A stretch of 64,000 bases of DNA from Gammaproteobacteria bacterium (GCA_033852135.1 JAWSVB010000001.1:1309-65308); one strand, 5' to 3'. Positions 20,490 through 32,676 are shown, counted from the stretch's first letter. Numbers and translations: made by a program. Notes: a model not told the origin generated them from the letters alone.

Positions 20490-22454
20490 CTAACTTTGAT
20501 TTGAGGCTATCACCTTACCCATTTTACCATCCAAAGAAGAAGCCTTCCCTGTCATTCTCCAATCAAAGACCACAGAAAAAGAAAGAACTGACTGGGTATA
20601 ACGCCTTGTTTCTTTAAATGGAATTGTATCCACCCATATATCTGCAGGCAATGCGCTGTTTTCTGGTAACCAGCGTAAAACATTACTAGGCCCTGCGTTA
20701 TATGCAGCTGTAGCTAAAATCATGTTGGCATCAAAGCGATTAAGAAGCATTGAAAGGTACGCACTGCCAATTCGAATATTTTTAGATGCATTTAATAAGT
20801 CATTACTGCGCCTGAATGAGGTTTTTATCTTTCTTGCAACGCTTCTACCAGTTGATGGCATAACCTGCATAAGACCCAAGGCTCCAACTGGTGAACGCGC
20901 ATCTTGCCTAAATGCACTCTCTTTACGTAAAACTCCCATTACCCACGCTGGGTCTATTTGATTTCTTACCCCATTTGTTTCAACTTCTTTCCTATAGGCC
21001 ATTGGAAATCTAAGCTCTAGGTCATTATCAGCACCACCTAAATTTGCCCCACGAATGGCCAAATCATGCCACCCCCATTTCATAGCCTGCACAGCTGCAA
21101 TCTGCTGATCATCTTCAGTCATTTTTCTTGCAGCATGCTCCCACTCTAGTCTTGCCCACTTTTCCATTCCCACTTTGCGCAATTCACTTGCTCTCAACAT
21201 TCCTGGGTTATTTCGAAGTTTATTTAAATTAACCTTACTAACATCAACTGGATCATGATTCATTCTATAAGGTTGCCCTATAGCGTCAGCAGCCAAAAAA
21301 CCATAATACCTTCGCTGCTGCGAAAGTAGCTGCCACTTTTTAACTGCCTTATCCCTATTTCCTGTTTTACTCAACGCACGGGCATTCCAGTAAACCCACT
21401 CTGGCCTTTCCTGCTCTACCTGCGGAAGATCATCAATATTCTCAATAACTGACTTCCAATCCTGCTGCCTTAATGCAGCTCTTACTGACCAATCTCTTAA
21501 TTTTTTATCTTTATCAGCAGCAGGTATAGCGCGCATCAAATCAACGGCATCATCTCTATATTGCAAGGCTGCATGCAATGCCACTTTAGATTTTACCTGC
21601 AACTTTTGAGCAGGGGTAAATGCCATTTTTGCTTCAAACTTCTGCCAATATTTATTGGCCAGCCCAGCATCTCTTGATGCCAAACGTTTAATTCCATGAA
21701 CAATTATTTTTCTGTCTTCCCTACTAATCCTATTATATTGAACTCTGTTCAATTCACTTTTAGGGTTTCGATGCATTCTTGACCAAAATGCAAATCGCTT
21801 TCTAGAGTTTTTTGAATACAGCTTTTTTGCAAGATACTTAGCTAGCGTATGATTATTACTATCCATAGCTAACTCAATTCTTCTCCATATATCTTTTTGA
21901 CTCACATCTCCTGCCTTATAAAGCCACCCAAATACTTTGTCACAAGATTTTGGCTGCGAAACACCGACCATCCATAGATTTTTAGCTCTTACCCGAGCCC
22001 CATGCATATCACCAAGCTTTATAGAAGAAAGGGCTTTATAACACGACAAACTTTTATCCCTGTTTACCTCCCCCGCATTGCTAACATATAAATCATCAAA
22101 CTCACTCCAACTACCTTTTTTTGCCAAGTGATATAACCATGCTTTTTGCAGGTAGCCACTCAAAATAGAATCAGAATATTTATTAGTGTAATTTTTAATA
22201 TCTTTAGTCGCTGCTTTATGCAAATTATTGCGCAAATCAGCATATTCAAGATATTGAACCAATGGATAATTATGAAGGCTAGAAGGGATATTCTCTTTTG
22301 TTAGTCTCTTTTGCTTGATAAGCCTACGCGTATTTTTAAACTCTTGCCTTTGCTTAGCAACAGAATATTTTGACTTATGATTAGAAACAGATGCCTCCAC
22401 TATATAGGAGAAAGACAAACCAAAAACCACGCTTAATACTGCAAAAAATCTCAT
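20490..22454 (-). CDS. slt: Soluble lytic murein transglycosylase (Slt70-like)
   Basis: The C-terminal SLT domain has ESAFRQDARSPVGALGLMQVMP and AYNAGP, with a superhelical N-domain. The signal peptide starts at MRFFAVL (22454). The ORF track extends to 22493. Confidence 0.9.
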   Translation of the reverse strand: MRFFAVLSVVFGLSFSYIVEASVSNHKSKYSVAKQRQEFKNTRRLIKQKRLTKENIPSSLHNYPLVQYLEYADLRNNLHKAATKDIKNYTNKYSDSILSGYLQKAWLYHLAKKGSWSEFDDLYVSNAGEVNRDKSLSCYKALSSIKLGDMHGARVRAKNLWMVGVSQPKSCDKVFGWLYKAGDVSQKDIWRRIELAMDSNNHTLAKYLAKKLYSKNSRKRFAFWSRMHRNPKSELNRVQYNRISREDRKIIVHGIKRLASRDAGLANKYWQKFEAKMAFTPAQKLQVKSKVALHAALQYRDDAVDLMRAIPAADKDKKLRDWSVRAALRQQDWKSVIENIDDLPQVEQERPEWVYWNARALSKTGNRDKAVKKWQLLSQQRRYYGFLAADAIGQPYRMNHDPVDVSKVNLNKLRNNPGMLRASELRKVGMEKWARLEWEHAARKMTEDDQQIAAVQAMKWGWHDLAIRGANLGGADNDLELRFPMAYRKEVETNGVRNQIDPAWVMGVLRKESAFRQDARSPVGALGLMQVMPSTGRSVARKIKTSFRRSNDLLNASKNIRIGSAYLSMLLNRFDANMILATAAYNAGPSNVLRWLPENSALPADIWVDTIPFKETRRYTQSVLSFSVVFDWRMTGKASSLDGKMGKVIASNQS

Positions 22455-22750
22455 TATTCCACCCAATTGCACCTGGCCCCACCACAAAGCCATTTATAAC
22501 CATTTAGTATTACAGGCTATTTACTATCAATTCCTTTGACAGTAAGTCTAGAATAATAATTCATAATTTTCTTATTTTCGTTGATGTAAACCACATTATT
22601 TATAGTAATTTTTTAACTAGTTCACATTAGAATCTGATTATTAAGCATTTTTCACCAAAATACACCTATTCACGCTAAGCCGTGCAACCAAACCTAAATA
22701 GACCTCTCAGGAGCAACCACTACCTATCTCCATCAATAAATTTCAACCAT

Positions 22751-22777
22751 TAAAAAAGGGGCTTCCGCCCCTTTTTC
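22751..22777 (-). terminator. Rho-independent terminator after the KamA-family gene
   Basis: Minus-strand AGGGGC-GGAA-GCCCCU followed by U6. Confidence 0.8.
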
Positions 22778-22796
22778 TTATAATACAGCGTCTAAG

Positions 22797-24155
22797 CTAC
22801 ACTGATTTTTGCATCTGCTCATATTCATCTTCATAAAAAAACTTTTCTTCACCAAATGCAGGCTTAAGGTGGTCAAGCCATGTAGCCTTTTCATCATATT
22901 TGGCAAAAAATGGTCTCTGAACCCACTCAGGATTTCTACCCTGAATAAAGCGTAAAACGAACACTTTTTCACCTTTAATTTCAGTCACACCCTGAATTTC
23001 AATTTTACCTGGCCCAGCGCTCATGGATGGACCTCTAGCGGTTCGGCTCAGACCAGATACTTTACTAATTGCATCACGATATATCTCCCAAGCTTTATAT
23101 AACGGAACCTCAAAGTACTCTTTTGGACCGGTATCGCGCTCAACAAACATGTAGTATGGAATCAAGCCAAGCCTTACTTGCTCATTCCACATTTTAACCC
23201 ATACTGCAGCGTCATCATTTATCTTGGCAACTAAAGGAGCTTGGCAACGAATCTCTACACCAACATCGCGCAAACGATTTATAGCTTGTTTTACAATTGG
23301 AGTAGAAAGTTCTTTCCAATGATTAAAGTGAGACATAATTGCAACGTGCTTACCTGAAGCAATCAGCCTCTTAAACAGGTCAAGCAGCTCATCCGCATCA
23401 CTATCACTTACAAACCTTTGCGGCCAAAATGTAAGCGCCTTGGTGCCAACCCTAATAGTTTGGATATGGTCAAATTCTGGCTCAAGCAGCTTCTCAAGGT
23501 ATCTAGCAAAGAACTTAGTCTTCATTACCATTGGATCACCGCCAGTAAGAAGAAGATCTGTCACCTGTTTATTCTCTATAAGATAACTATGAAGTGATTC
23601 AGCCTCTTTCGAGCCAAACTTCAGTTCTTCATCTCCAACAAACTGCGCCCAACGAAAGCAGAATGTACAAAATGCATGGCAAACCTGCCCCTGGCTAGGG
23701 AAAAACAATACTGTTTCACGGTATTTATGCTGAATACCTTCAACAACCTCACCGTCCTGTTTTGGAACATTCATCTCCATTTGCCCGGCAGGATGAGGAT
23801 TTAATCTTTGGCGAATCTCTTTTACTGCAGCATCAAGCTCTTCTTTTGCTGCCCCACCCTTAACTAAGGACGATAATTTTTCATATTCTTCCTGATGCAG
23901 CATCTCTTTTTGGGGAAAAGTGAGCTGAAAAATAGGATCAACAGGAATATTATTCCAGTCAATTAGCTCATCAATAACGTAATTATTTACCCTAAAAGGA
24001 AAAACCATTGCGGCAACTTTAATATCGAAGCGCTGCTCTTCAGTTAAAGCGTCAAGGGCCTCAATTTTATCGATTGTTTTTTCTGTATATGCTTTAAATT
24101 GCACTAACGCACCACTCTTTTCTGTACTTAAATCTATGCTAGCTGATTGATTCAT
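22797..24155 (-). CDS. KamA-family radical SAM aminomutase-like protein (long form, 452 aa)
   Basis: CHAFCTFCFR CxxxCxxC cluster and lysine-2,3-aminomutase-like core with an N-terminal extension of about 150 aa. No efp/epmA neighbours. Confidence 0.8.
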   Translation of the reverse strand: MNQSASIDLSTEKSGALVQFKAYTEKTIDKIEALDALTEEQRFDIKVAAMVFPFRVNNYVIDELIDWNNIPVDPIFQLTFPQKEMLHQEEYEKLSSLVKGGAAKEELDAAVKEIRQRLNPHPAGQMEMNVPKQDGEVVEGIQHKYRETVLFFPSQGQVCHAFCTFCFRWAQFVGDEELKFGSKEAESLHSYLIENKQVTDLLLTGGDPMVMKTKFFARYLEKLLEPEFDHIQTIRVGTKALTFWPQRFVSDSDADELLDLFKRLIASGKHVAIMSHFNHWKELSTPIVKQAINRLRDVGVEIRCQAPLVAKINDDAAVWVKMWNEQVRLGLIPYYMFVERDTGPKEYFEVPLYKAWEIYRDAISKVSGLSRTARGPSMSAGPGKIEIQGVTEIKGEKVFVLRFIQGRNPEWVQRPFFAKYDEKATWLDHLKPAFGEEKFFYEDEYEQMQKSV

Positions 24156-24355
24156 CAGGAAAAACCTCTTTTAAACTCTATTCCCAACCACTCAATGGGC
24201 ACGTATTTTACCACAAAATGGCAACACTTTCCCAATTTGATTCATTTACTTTAAAAACAAAAAGTTACATGCAATACACACTTCATTCACGCACCAGGAT
24301 AGTGCGCAATCCGCAAGCCTATAACGAAAGCAGTTTTAAAAAAACCAAATACTAA

Positions 24356-25483
24356 CTAAAGAAGAACCATATTATCACGATGAATCAATTCCTCTTCATC
24401 CAAAAAACCTAAAATTGACTCAATTTTATCACTACTCTTCTTAGTTATTTTTGCAGCATCTTCAGCTGAGTAGTTAACCAAACCACGAGCAATTTCTATT
24501 TCATTTTCATCGACACAGGAGACAACATCCCCCCTCCTAAACTCGCCACTAACAGAAACCACTCCAACTGGAAGCAAGCTTTTACCTGAGCTTCTTAACA
24601 CCCTAACTGCACCTTGATCAATAACAACCACTCCACACACCTGCATGTGATTAGCTAGCCACTGCTTTCTAGCAACAAGCGGCTCACTATTTGGGGTCAA
24701 TATAGTGCCAACATCATAACCAGAATATAGAGAAAGCAATATTCCAGCCTCTCTTCCATATGCTATTGCAGTTAATGCCCCGGAGTTGGCAGCTTTAGCG
24801 GCAGCTTTAACCTTAGTAAGCATTCCACCACGCCCAAGTTTTCCACCCCCACCTGAAGACATAGCTTCAAGCTCTTGATCGCCAGCACTTGCCTCACTTA
24901 TTAATTTTGCATCACTATTTTTACGTGGATCTTTATCGAATAATCCATGCTGATCAGTAAGGATTACCAACACGTCAGCTTCAACCAGGTTAGCAACCAT
25001 GGCAGCCAATGTATCATTATCACCAAAACGAATTTCATCAGTAACTACTGTGTCATTCTCATTAACCACCGGAACAACATTATGCTCTAAAAGAGCTCTT
25101 ATAGTCCCTTTCGCATTAAGATATCGCTGGCGATTTGCAAGGTCATCATGAGTCAATAACACCTGAGCAGTATGCATACCATACTTTTGAAATTTAGATT
25201 CATAAGCCTGGACCAACCCCATTTGCCCAACTGCTGCAGCAGCCTGGAGTTCATGCAATTCTCGCGGGCGCTCACTCCAGCCAAGCCTCTTAATTCCTTC
25301 AGCCACTGCACCAGATGAAACTAAAACAACTTCTATACCAAGCTCTCTTAATTTCGCTATCTGATCAACCAAAGCATTAACTAGATTCTCATCAAGCCCT
25401 TCACCATCAGCTGTTAGCAAAGCACTTCCAACTTTTACTACCCATCTTTTTGATTGACTTAGACGAGCTCGACTCATTATCAA
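24356..25483 (-). CDS. proB: Glutamate 5-kinase
   Basis: AAK domain ([18 protein letters not shown]) plus a C-terminal PUA domain. Confidence 0.95.
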   Translation of the reverse strand: MIMSRARLSQSKRWVVKVGSALLTADGEGLDENLVNALVDQIAKLRELGIEVVLVSSGAVAEGIKRLGWSERPRELHELQAAAAVGQMGLVQAYESKFQKYGMHTAQVLLTHDDLANRQRYLNAKGTIRALLEHNVVPVVNENDTVVTDEIRFGDNDTLAAMVANLVEADVLVILTDQHGLFDKDPRKNSDAKLISEASAGDQELEAMSSGGGGKLGRGGMLTKVKAAAKAANSGALTAIAYGREAGILLSLYSGYDVGTILTPNSEPLVARKQWLANHMQVCGVVVIDQGAVRVLRSSGKSLLPVGVVSVSGEFRRGDVVSCVDENEIEIARGLVNYSAEDAAKITKKSSDKIESILGFLDEEELIHRDNMVLL

Positions 25484-25526
25484 CGCCTCTTTTTTATCTT
25501 AACACTGGTAAAAACCAGAGCAGGAA

Positions 25527-26558
<1,032 letters not shown>

Positions 26559-26603
26559 TTAGCACCAAATAGCCTTGCCTAACGCTTTATTAAAAAATCG
26601 TAC

Positions 26604-26634
26604 GAAAAAAAGCCCCGCTATGAATAACGGGGCT
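26604..26634 (-). terminator. Rho-independent terminator/attenuator after rpmA
   Basis: Minus-strand AGCCCCG-loop-CGGGGCU followed by U7. Confidence 0.8.
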
Positions 26635-26660
26635 TTCGCATTCTTATTGGAAAGCTATTT

Positions 26661-26918
26661 TTAGGCCGGCAGAACGCTTACAAATGTGCGTTTCTTCGGT
26701 CCTTTCTTTTGAAAAGTAACTTTACCTTCTGCTGTCGCAAATAAAGTATGGTCTCTACCAAGACCTACATTATCACCAGCATGGAAGTGTGTTCCACGTT
26801 GTCTTACTAGGATATTACCCGCTAGCACAACCTCACCACCAAATCTTTTTACCCCAAGACGTTTCGACTGGGAATCTCTACCGTTTCGGGTACTACCGCC
26901 AGCTTTCTTATGAGCCAT
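26661..26918 (-). CDS. rpmA: 50S ribosomal protein L27
   Basis: [16 protein letters not shown]. Confidence 0.98.
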   Translation of the reverse strand: MAHKKAGGSTRNGRDSQSKRLGVKRFGGEVVLAGNILVRQRGTHFHAGDNVGLGRDHTLFATAEGKVTFQKKGPKKRTFVSVLPA

Positions 26919-26959
26919 AATTTACTTCCTCGTTAATTCTCTTAGATACAAACTAATAA

Positions 26960-27274
26960 TTAGCCAGCGTTGATACCAGTAATTTTTAGTTTTGTATAAG
27001 CTTGTCTGTGGCCCATACGTTTCATATGATGCTTACGACGCTTAAACTTGATAATCTCGATTTTTTTACCGCGACCATGCTCTTCGATAGTAGCTGAAAC
27101 TTTGCTACCCTCAACAATTGGAGCACCAATCTTGATATCGTCGCCATTAGCAACCATCAATACTTCATCGAAATCGATTGTTGAACCTTGTTCTACGTCC
27201 AACTTCTCTACTTTGAGGACATCGCCCTCTGAAACTCTATACTGCTTACCGCCAGTCTTGATAACAGCGTACAT
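26960..27274 (-). CDS. rplU: 50S ribosomal protein L21
   Basis: [14 protein letters not shown]. Confidence 0.98.
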   Translation of the reverse strand: MYAVIKTGGKQYRVSEGDVLKVEKLDVEQGSTIDFDEVLMVANGDDIKIGAPIVEGSKVSATIEEHGRGKKIEIIKFKRRKHHMKRMGHRQAYTKLKITGINAG

Positions 27275-27449
27275 ATTCTTTATTCTCTCAGCTGATTATT
27301 TCCAATAAGGGCGTGGATTTTATCCTTTGATAAAGGTTTCGTCAAATGATTTTATCTTAAACCTCTAAAAGATAAATCACCGCAAGATCAAATATAGCTA
27401 AAGCCTTTGAAAATTTTGGATAATTCGTTTCCAACAAGGTTATTTTTTC

Positions 27450-27491
27450 TAAAAAATAAGCGCGTCATTTATATAAAGTGACGCGCTTATT
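27450..27491 (-). terminator. Rho-independent terminator after the 27509..28009 gene
   Basis: 13-bp perfect stem AATAAGCGCGTCA/TGACGCGCTTATT with an 11-nt loop and a U-run on the minus strand. Confidence 0.75.
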
Positions 27492-27508
27492 ATTTAAATC
27501 ACAAAGAT

Positions 27509-28009
27509 TTAATGCAAATCTTGCTCTGGATTTGCTGGCATTCTATCCAATAGATGCCTGTATCTAAATATCTTCTTATGCTTTGCTAAAAACTTAACAG
27601 CTTTCTCCCATGCTCCTTCCCATCCATTACTGGAAATTGAGTATGAAGTACCAACTGGCTTACCGATAAGTTCTGACTGACAAGACACTACAAATGATAA
27701 AGATGAATAAACCTTTCCATTTTTTGTGTACTCTTTATTCCTAAGAGAAATTCCTCTAACCCCAGTTGCTGATTTAGCACGTGAAGTATGCTTAAGCTCT
27801 TTCTGCCTATCTTTTGCGCTCTCTTTTTGCTTACGCTCTAAAGTTCTATCGTATGACTCTGCAGCTCTGTGTATACGGTCTTTTTCCCAACCCGATATTC
27901 TTTTTCCACCTTTTATCAGTGAAAAATACTGCTGCACCGTTGCGCCATCGACATAACGCCGCGCTCTAAACCCGTAAAAGCTATCATTATCTATTAGTTT
28001 AACACTCAT
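27509..28009 (-). CDS. Small basic protein of unknown function with AP2/integrase-arm-like signature; paralog of 39234..39782
   Basis: Motifs shared with the paralog are QQYFSL..GGKRIS, TGVRGISL, and AWEKAV...HLLDRMP. It has its own terminator. Confidence 0.5.
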   Translation of the reverse strand: MSVKLIDNDSFYGFRARRYVDGATVQQYFSLIKGGKRISGWEKDRIHRAAESYDRTLERKQKESAKDRQKELKHTSRAKSATGVRGISLRNKEYTKNGKVYSSLSFVVSCQSELIGKPVGTSYSISSNGWEGAWEKAVKFLAKHKKIFRYRHLLDRMPANPEQDLH

Positions 28010-28381
28010 AAAGTCCTCCTTTACTATCCCCCACCAACTGACTTTGACTGCTACTACTAAAGTTAAGGTAATTCACAACCAAAACAATACGCCTAGACCA
28101 AGCACCAACCAAAGACCTTTTCCGTTTAGGTTTTGAAGCTTACAAAAAACTCATGTTTCATAAACCTGTTCCATTATATTTATTTTTAGCTTACTTTTCT
28201 TTTATTTACAAGATTATTCAACTTTAAAATCACACTATTATTAAAATTTAATGACAACCTAATCGAGTATTACTTAAGTTTCGAACATAGAATCACCCTG
28301 CGCAGCGCTGTAAACAACAACGCACGCTGACTTTGCAAACTAAGAAGTGATCAAAAATATAGGTTGGAATTAATTATTATT

Positions 28382-29053
28382 TTAATAACGATATTTTGTA
28401 GCATCAGGAATTCCTGCTGCCTCAAATCCAGCACGGCGTAAGCGGCACGAATCACACAAACCACAAGCACGCCCTTCACTGTCAGCATCATAGCATGAAA
28501 CTGTCACACCATAATCAACTCCAAGATCTGTTCCAAGCTTAATAATTTCGGCCTTTGTGATATCTATAAGGGGAGTATGAATAGTAACCTGCTCCCCCTC
28601 CACACCGGCTTTAGTAGCAATGCGTGCCATTTTCTGAAAAGCCTCAATAAACTCTGGCCTGCAATCTGGGTAGCCAGAATAATCAACCGCATTAACCCCT
28701 ATAAAGATATCATTTGCATGCAGCACTTCAGCATAACCAAGAGCAAAAGATAAAAATATGGTGTTACGCGCAGGAACATAGGTTACGGGAATACCTTGGG
28801 TTTCTGTTTTTGGCACATCAATAGAGCTATCTGTTAGGGCTGAACCACCAATCTGACCAAGATCAATATTTATTATTTTATGATCTAGAACCTTATAACT
28901 TGCGGCAATTTTTTTCGCTGCATTCAGTTCTGCACAGTGCTTTTGACCGTAAGAAAAACTAACCGCAAAACATTCATAACCTTGTGACTTCGCTAGCGCT
29001 AATGTAGTAACTGAATCCAATCCACCTGATAACAAAACAACCGCTTTTTTCAT
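28382..29053 (-). CDS. queC: 7-cyano-7-deazaguanine synthase
   Basis: [16 protein letters not shown]-loop and a C-terminal Cys cluster CGLCDSC. The start is probably at 29053. The ORF track extends to 29074. Confidence 0.94.
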   Translation of the reverse strand: MKKAVVLLSGGLDSVTTLALAKSQGYECFAVSFSYGQKHCAELNAAKKIAASYKVLDHKIINIDLGQIGGSALTDSSIDVPKTETQGIPVTYVPARNTIFLSFALGYAEVLHANDIFIGVNAVDYSGYPDCRPEFIEAFQKMARIATKAGVEGEQVTIHTPLIDITKAEIIKLGTDLGVDYGVTVSCYDADSEGRACGLCDSCRLRRAGFEAAGIPDATKYRY

Positions 29054-29131
29054 TTTCTTGCCTTTTACTTTCACCCAGTACAGCTAATATTATTAATATA
29101 AAAACCTAGCTGCACATCAATAATTCTTCAA

Positions 29132-29794
29132 TTAAACGCCTTGCTTATCGCCCCATAGAGTTTTATGCAATTGCAGTTGAAACCTCACTATCAATTGATC
29201 ATCAAGTATCCACTGCGCCAACTCTACGGGATTAAGCTGCTGAGTATTTGGGGAGAATATCACTTCAAACTTGGATAGCAACTTCTCCTTGGAAGCTACT
29301 CTTTTACTCCACTCATAATCTTCCCGATCGCTGATAACAAATTTTATCTGATCACCATCTTTTAAGTGTTCACAGTTTTCATATAAATTACGAGACTCTT
29401 CTCCAGAAGCTGGCGTCTTGATATCCATCACAACAGACACTCTTGGATCAACCCCATCTAGCGGAAGCGCCCCTGATGTTTCAAGTGCAACCTTGTACCC
29501 CAAATCAGATAGTTTAGACAAGAGCGGCAAACTCTGTTTCTGTGCTAGCGGCTCTCCACCTGTAACTGTTATATGCTGAGTTTTATACGAAAACACATGC
29601 TCCAGTATTTGCTCAATAGTCATTTTTTCCCCTCCGGAAAAAGCATGGTGACTATCACAATAACTACAACGAAGAGGACAACCAGTTAAACGGATAAATA
29701 TAGTTGGCAGCCCAACTGTCAAAGATTCACCCTGTAGAGAAAAGAAAATCTCTGTCACTTGAAGTGACAAAGATTCTGCTGATTCTATATTCAA
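29132..29794 (-). CDS. queE: 7-carboxy-7-deazaguanine synthase (radical SAM)
   Basis: EIFFSLQGES and CPLRCSYCD motifs; TTG start. Confidence 0.9.
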   Translation of the reverse strand: MNIESAESLSLQVTEIFFSLQGESLTVGLPTIFIRLTGCPLRCSYCDSHHAFSGGEKMTIEQILEHVFSYKTQHITVTGGEPLAQKQSLPLLSKLSDLGYKVALETSGALPLDGVDPRVSVVMDIKTPASGEESRNLYENCEHLKDGDQIKFVISDREDYEWSKRVASKEKLLSKFEVIFSPNTQQLNPVELAQWILDDQLIVRFQLQLHKTLWGDKQGV

Positions 29795-29816
29795 TATTCT
29801 TTACCTATAGTCTTAC

Positions 29817-29858
29817 CAAAGCTTTTTCTCATACAGACAGTTACAAGAAAAAGCTTTG
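29817..29858 (-). promoter_or_regulatory. Perfect 12-bp inverted repeat (18-nt loop) between cpoB and queE
   Basis: CAAAGCTTTTTC-N18-GAAAAAGCTTTG, 10 nt after the cpoB stop. There is no U-tract. Confidence 0.5.
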
Positions 29859-29868
29859 CAAAGAAATT

Positions 29869-30720
29869 TTATCTGTTTTCACGTTTCATTCGCATTAAGC
29901 GATTATTCGCCAAATTAGCAGCAGTAGATTGAGGATAGCGATCCTTTAATGCCTGTAGGTTTTGTTTCGCTTCTTCCCAATTCCCCTCTTCATAGTATAT
30001 GTAGCCAATTTTAAGCATCGCATCTGCTACCTTCTGGCTTTTAGGGAAATCCTGAACTACTTTTTGGAAATCCTGCTTTGCTTGTTCAAAATTTCTTACT
30101 ACATAGTTTGCTTCACCCAGCCAATATTGAGCATTATCTGCATATGAACCACTAGGGTATACTTGCAAAAATTTTGCAAACTTGTCTGCTGCAAGCTGAT
30201 AGCGCCCTTCGCGCAACAACTCAAACGCTGCCTTGTATGCAGAAACTTCAGACCCGATATCTACTCCACCTTGAGTTGCCTCACTATGCTGAACTTTACG
30301 CTGCTGCATTGTTTCAACTGGCTTTTCTTCACCATCACGATTAATTGGCTGAACATTTTCACGAACTTCACCAACTTCTAGTTTATGCAACCTACGATCA
30401 ATATCTGAATAAAGCTCTTTTTGACGTTTAACCACTGCATCAAATTGGTTGTTTTGATTATTTTGGATTTTCGATAATGCTTGGGTTGCTTCATCAAGCT
30501 CCCCCCTTAATCCTCGCACCTCACTTTGTAACTGCTGAATTTGATTACTCATCTCAAGAAGAAGCTTAGATGAGACCATACGTTCTATCCGCTCTACCCT
30601 TTTCTCCAACGCCTTACTATTTGTCTCTGCAGTTACAGCTCCAGAAACCAGCATCGCAATACTTGCCATTAGCAAAGTGGTAACTCTTAACCCTGTTTTA
30701 CAATTCATATTTTTTCCCAC
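29869..30720 (-). CDS. cpoB: Tol-Pal system protein CpoB (YbgF)
   Basis: Signal peptide, coiled coil and C-terminal TPR repeats; position after pal. Confidence 0.87.
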   Translation of the reverse strand: MGKNMNCKTGLRVTTLLMASIAMLVSGAVTAETNSKALEKRVERIERMVSSKLLLEMSNQIQQLQSEVRGLRGELDEATQALSKIQNNQNNQFDAVVKRQKELYSDIDRRLHKLEVGEVRENVQPINRDGEEKPVETMQQRKVQHSEATQGGVDIGSEVSAYKAAFELLREGRYQLAADKFAKFLQVYPSGSYADNAQYWLGEANYVVRNFEQAKQDFQKVVQDFPKSQKVADAMLKIGYIYYEEGNWEEAKQNLQALKDRYPQSTAANLANNRLMRMKRENR

Positions 30721-30735
30721 TACTGTGTGTGCCTA

Positions 30736-31344
30736 CTACTTTTTCGAATATACAATTACTGCTCGTCGATTTTGCGCTTGTGCAACTTCACTTGCTCCTG
30801 AATCTGCTAATTTCTCTTCGCCATAACTTACCACTTCAAGCTGTTCTGGAGCTACACCACTTAACTCCATAACCTGCTTAACTGAATTAGCACGTCTTTC
30901 ACCTAGACCAATATTATATTCTCTAGAGCCCTTCTCATCTGTATGCCCTTCGATTGTAATTTTATAATCACTATTTTGGAGTAAAAATGCGCTATGCCCC
31001 AATACAATATCGTTATATTTTTCCGGCATCTGACTACTATCAAACTCAAAGTAGATAACTCTCTGTGCTAGCGGGCTTTCTGCATCATCTAGAGCTTCTG
31101 GGTCTAAATTATAGCCTACACCACCAACTTCTCTTGATTCATAATCAAAGTTAGGTTTACCAGCTGCGCCCTGCGTCTTTGAATCTTCACTTTCATCTGA
31201 CATATCACCCGAATCAGCGTAACCACTACCATCTTCACTATTGCCAACCTCTTCAACTGGAGCTGGATCTGGTTTTGTTTCGCCACCACATCCATTCAAA
31301 GCAAATACACCTAATATTAAAACTAAAATTGTTACGTTTCTCAT
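30736..31344 (-). CDS. pal: Peptidoglycan-associated lipoprotein Pal
   Basis: Lipobox ALNGC, an acidic linker, and an OmpA-like domain (GHTDEKGSREYNIGLGERRA). Confidence 0.93.
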   Translation of the reverse strand: MRNVTILVLILGVFALNGCGGETKPDPAPVEEVGNSEDGSGYADSGDMSDESEDSKTQGAAGKPNFDYESREVGGVGYNLDPEALDDAESPLAQRVIYFEFDSSQMPEKYNDIVLGHSAFLLQNSDYKITIEGHTDEKGSREYNIGLGERRANSVKQVMELSGVAPEQLEVVSYGEEKLADSGASEVAQAQNRRAVIVYSKK

Positions 31345-32676
31345 CTATCTCTCCCGTTTTTCAAATGGTGCCCAAGATGGCTGCCTATAATCACCATCTT
31401 TTACAATTTGTGTTTCTGCCAACCCATTACGCCCAACTGTTTTTAATACCATATTTTTCATCCCTTTAGCTGCGTACAAAACCATATCGCCGTTAGGTGA
31501 AAATGATGGAGACTCATCCAGCGGGCCATCGCTAATAAGACGCATCTCTTCAGTATGGGTATCTTGGATAGCTATTCTATAATTACGATTCTGATCACGA
31601 TGCACAAAGGCCATATAACGCCCTTCAGGAGAAAAAACTGCTCTAGAATTATACCTTCCTTCATAGGTAAGTCTTTTAACTTTACCACCCGTTACAGGAA
31701 CTTTGTATAACTGAGGGCTTCCACCACGATCAGAGGTGAAAACTATAAATCTTCCATCTGGAGTCCATACCGGCTCGGTATCAATACCACTACTAAAGGT
31801 AAGGCGCAACAGCTCATCACTTGCAACATTAAGTAGATACACCTCTGGATTACCATCTTTAGAAAGAACTAAGGCTAGGGTTTTTCCATCTGGAGACCAT
31901 GAAGGAGCACCGTTTATACCTTTGAAACTTCTAACTAACTTTCGCTCTCCAGTTTCAACACTCTGAATATATATCTGCGCCTTTCCAGCTTCAAACGACA
32001 CATAGGCTATTCGACGGTGCCTCGGGGACCAAGCAGGTGACATCAATGGTTCGTAAGAGCTAAATACTGTTTGAGGAAATCCACCATCAGAATCGGCAAC
32101 TACTAGCTCATATAACTTTTTAGTATCTCCCTTTTTAGGATAGCCTGCCTTTATATAGGATATCTGGGTATTGAACACCCCTCTTTTACCCGTGATTTTT
32201 TGATAGATAATGTCAGAGATATAGTGCGATGCATTGCGTAATTGCGACCTATCTGGAATTGATATTTGAAAATCCCCTAATAGATTGCCCTTAAAAACAT
32301 CAAACACATCAAATTCAATCAATAAGCCTTTTTTAGCATCTGGGATTATTCGCCCTAATACCAAGCTATCAGCACCAAGGGTTCTCCATACTTTAAAACG
32401 AACATTGCCGCCAAAAGTTGGATCAGATAAAAAGTCTTTTTGAGGGATAGGTGCAAATACACCTGTGCGTTTAAGGTCATAGGTTATTACTGAGGCAACA
32501 TCAACTGTTGGTCTTTTACCCATCCCCTCCCAAACAAATGGCGCTATAGCAATAGGATGGCGGCTATATTGCCCTTCAGTAATTTCAATTCTCAGAGGCT
32601 CTGCAGCTACATTTAATGACCAACATGATATGGCAACCATTAAAATCTTTAATATTTTTTTAGCCCAATAACTCAT
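31345..32676 (-). CDS. tolB: Tol-Pal system beta-propeller protein TolB
   Basis: Full-length TolB similarity with repeated PxWSPDG blades. Confidence 0.97.
   Translation of the reverse strand: MSYWAKKILKILMVAISCWSLNVAAEPLRIEITEGQYSRHPIAIAPFVWEGMGKRPTVDVASVITYDLKRTGVFAPIPQKDFLSDPTFGGNVRFKVWRTLGADSLVLGRIIPDAKKGLLIEFDVFDVFKGNLLGDFQISIPDRSQLRNASHYISDIIYQKITGKRGVFNTQISYIKAGYPKKGDTKKLYELVVADSDGGFPQTVFSSYEPLMSPAWSPRHRRIAYVSFEAGKAQIYIQSVETGERKLVRSFKGINGAPSWSPDGKTLALVLSKDGNPEVYLLNVASDELLRLTFSSGIDTEPVWTPDGRFIVFTSDRGGSPQLYKVPVTGGKVKRLTYEGRYNSRAVFSPEGRYMAFVHRDQNRNYRIAIQDTHTEEMRLISDGPLDESPSFSPNGDMVLYAAKGMKNMVLKTVGRNGLAETQIVKDGDYRQPSWAPFEKRER

Noticed and set aside
29075-29131. Looked for a preQ1 riboswitch near queE/queC.
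   Set aside because: These are biosynthetic genes that follow cpoB. The short spacers show no preQ1-I/II-like hairpin plus A-rich tail.
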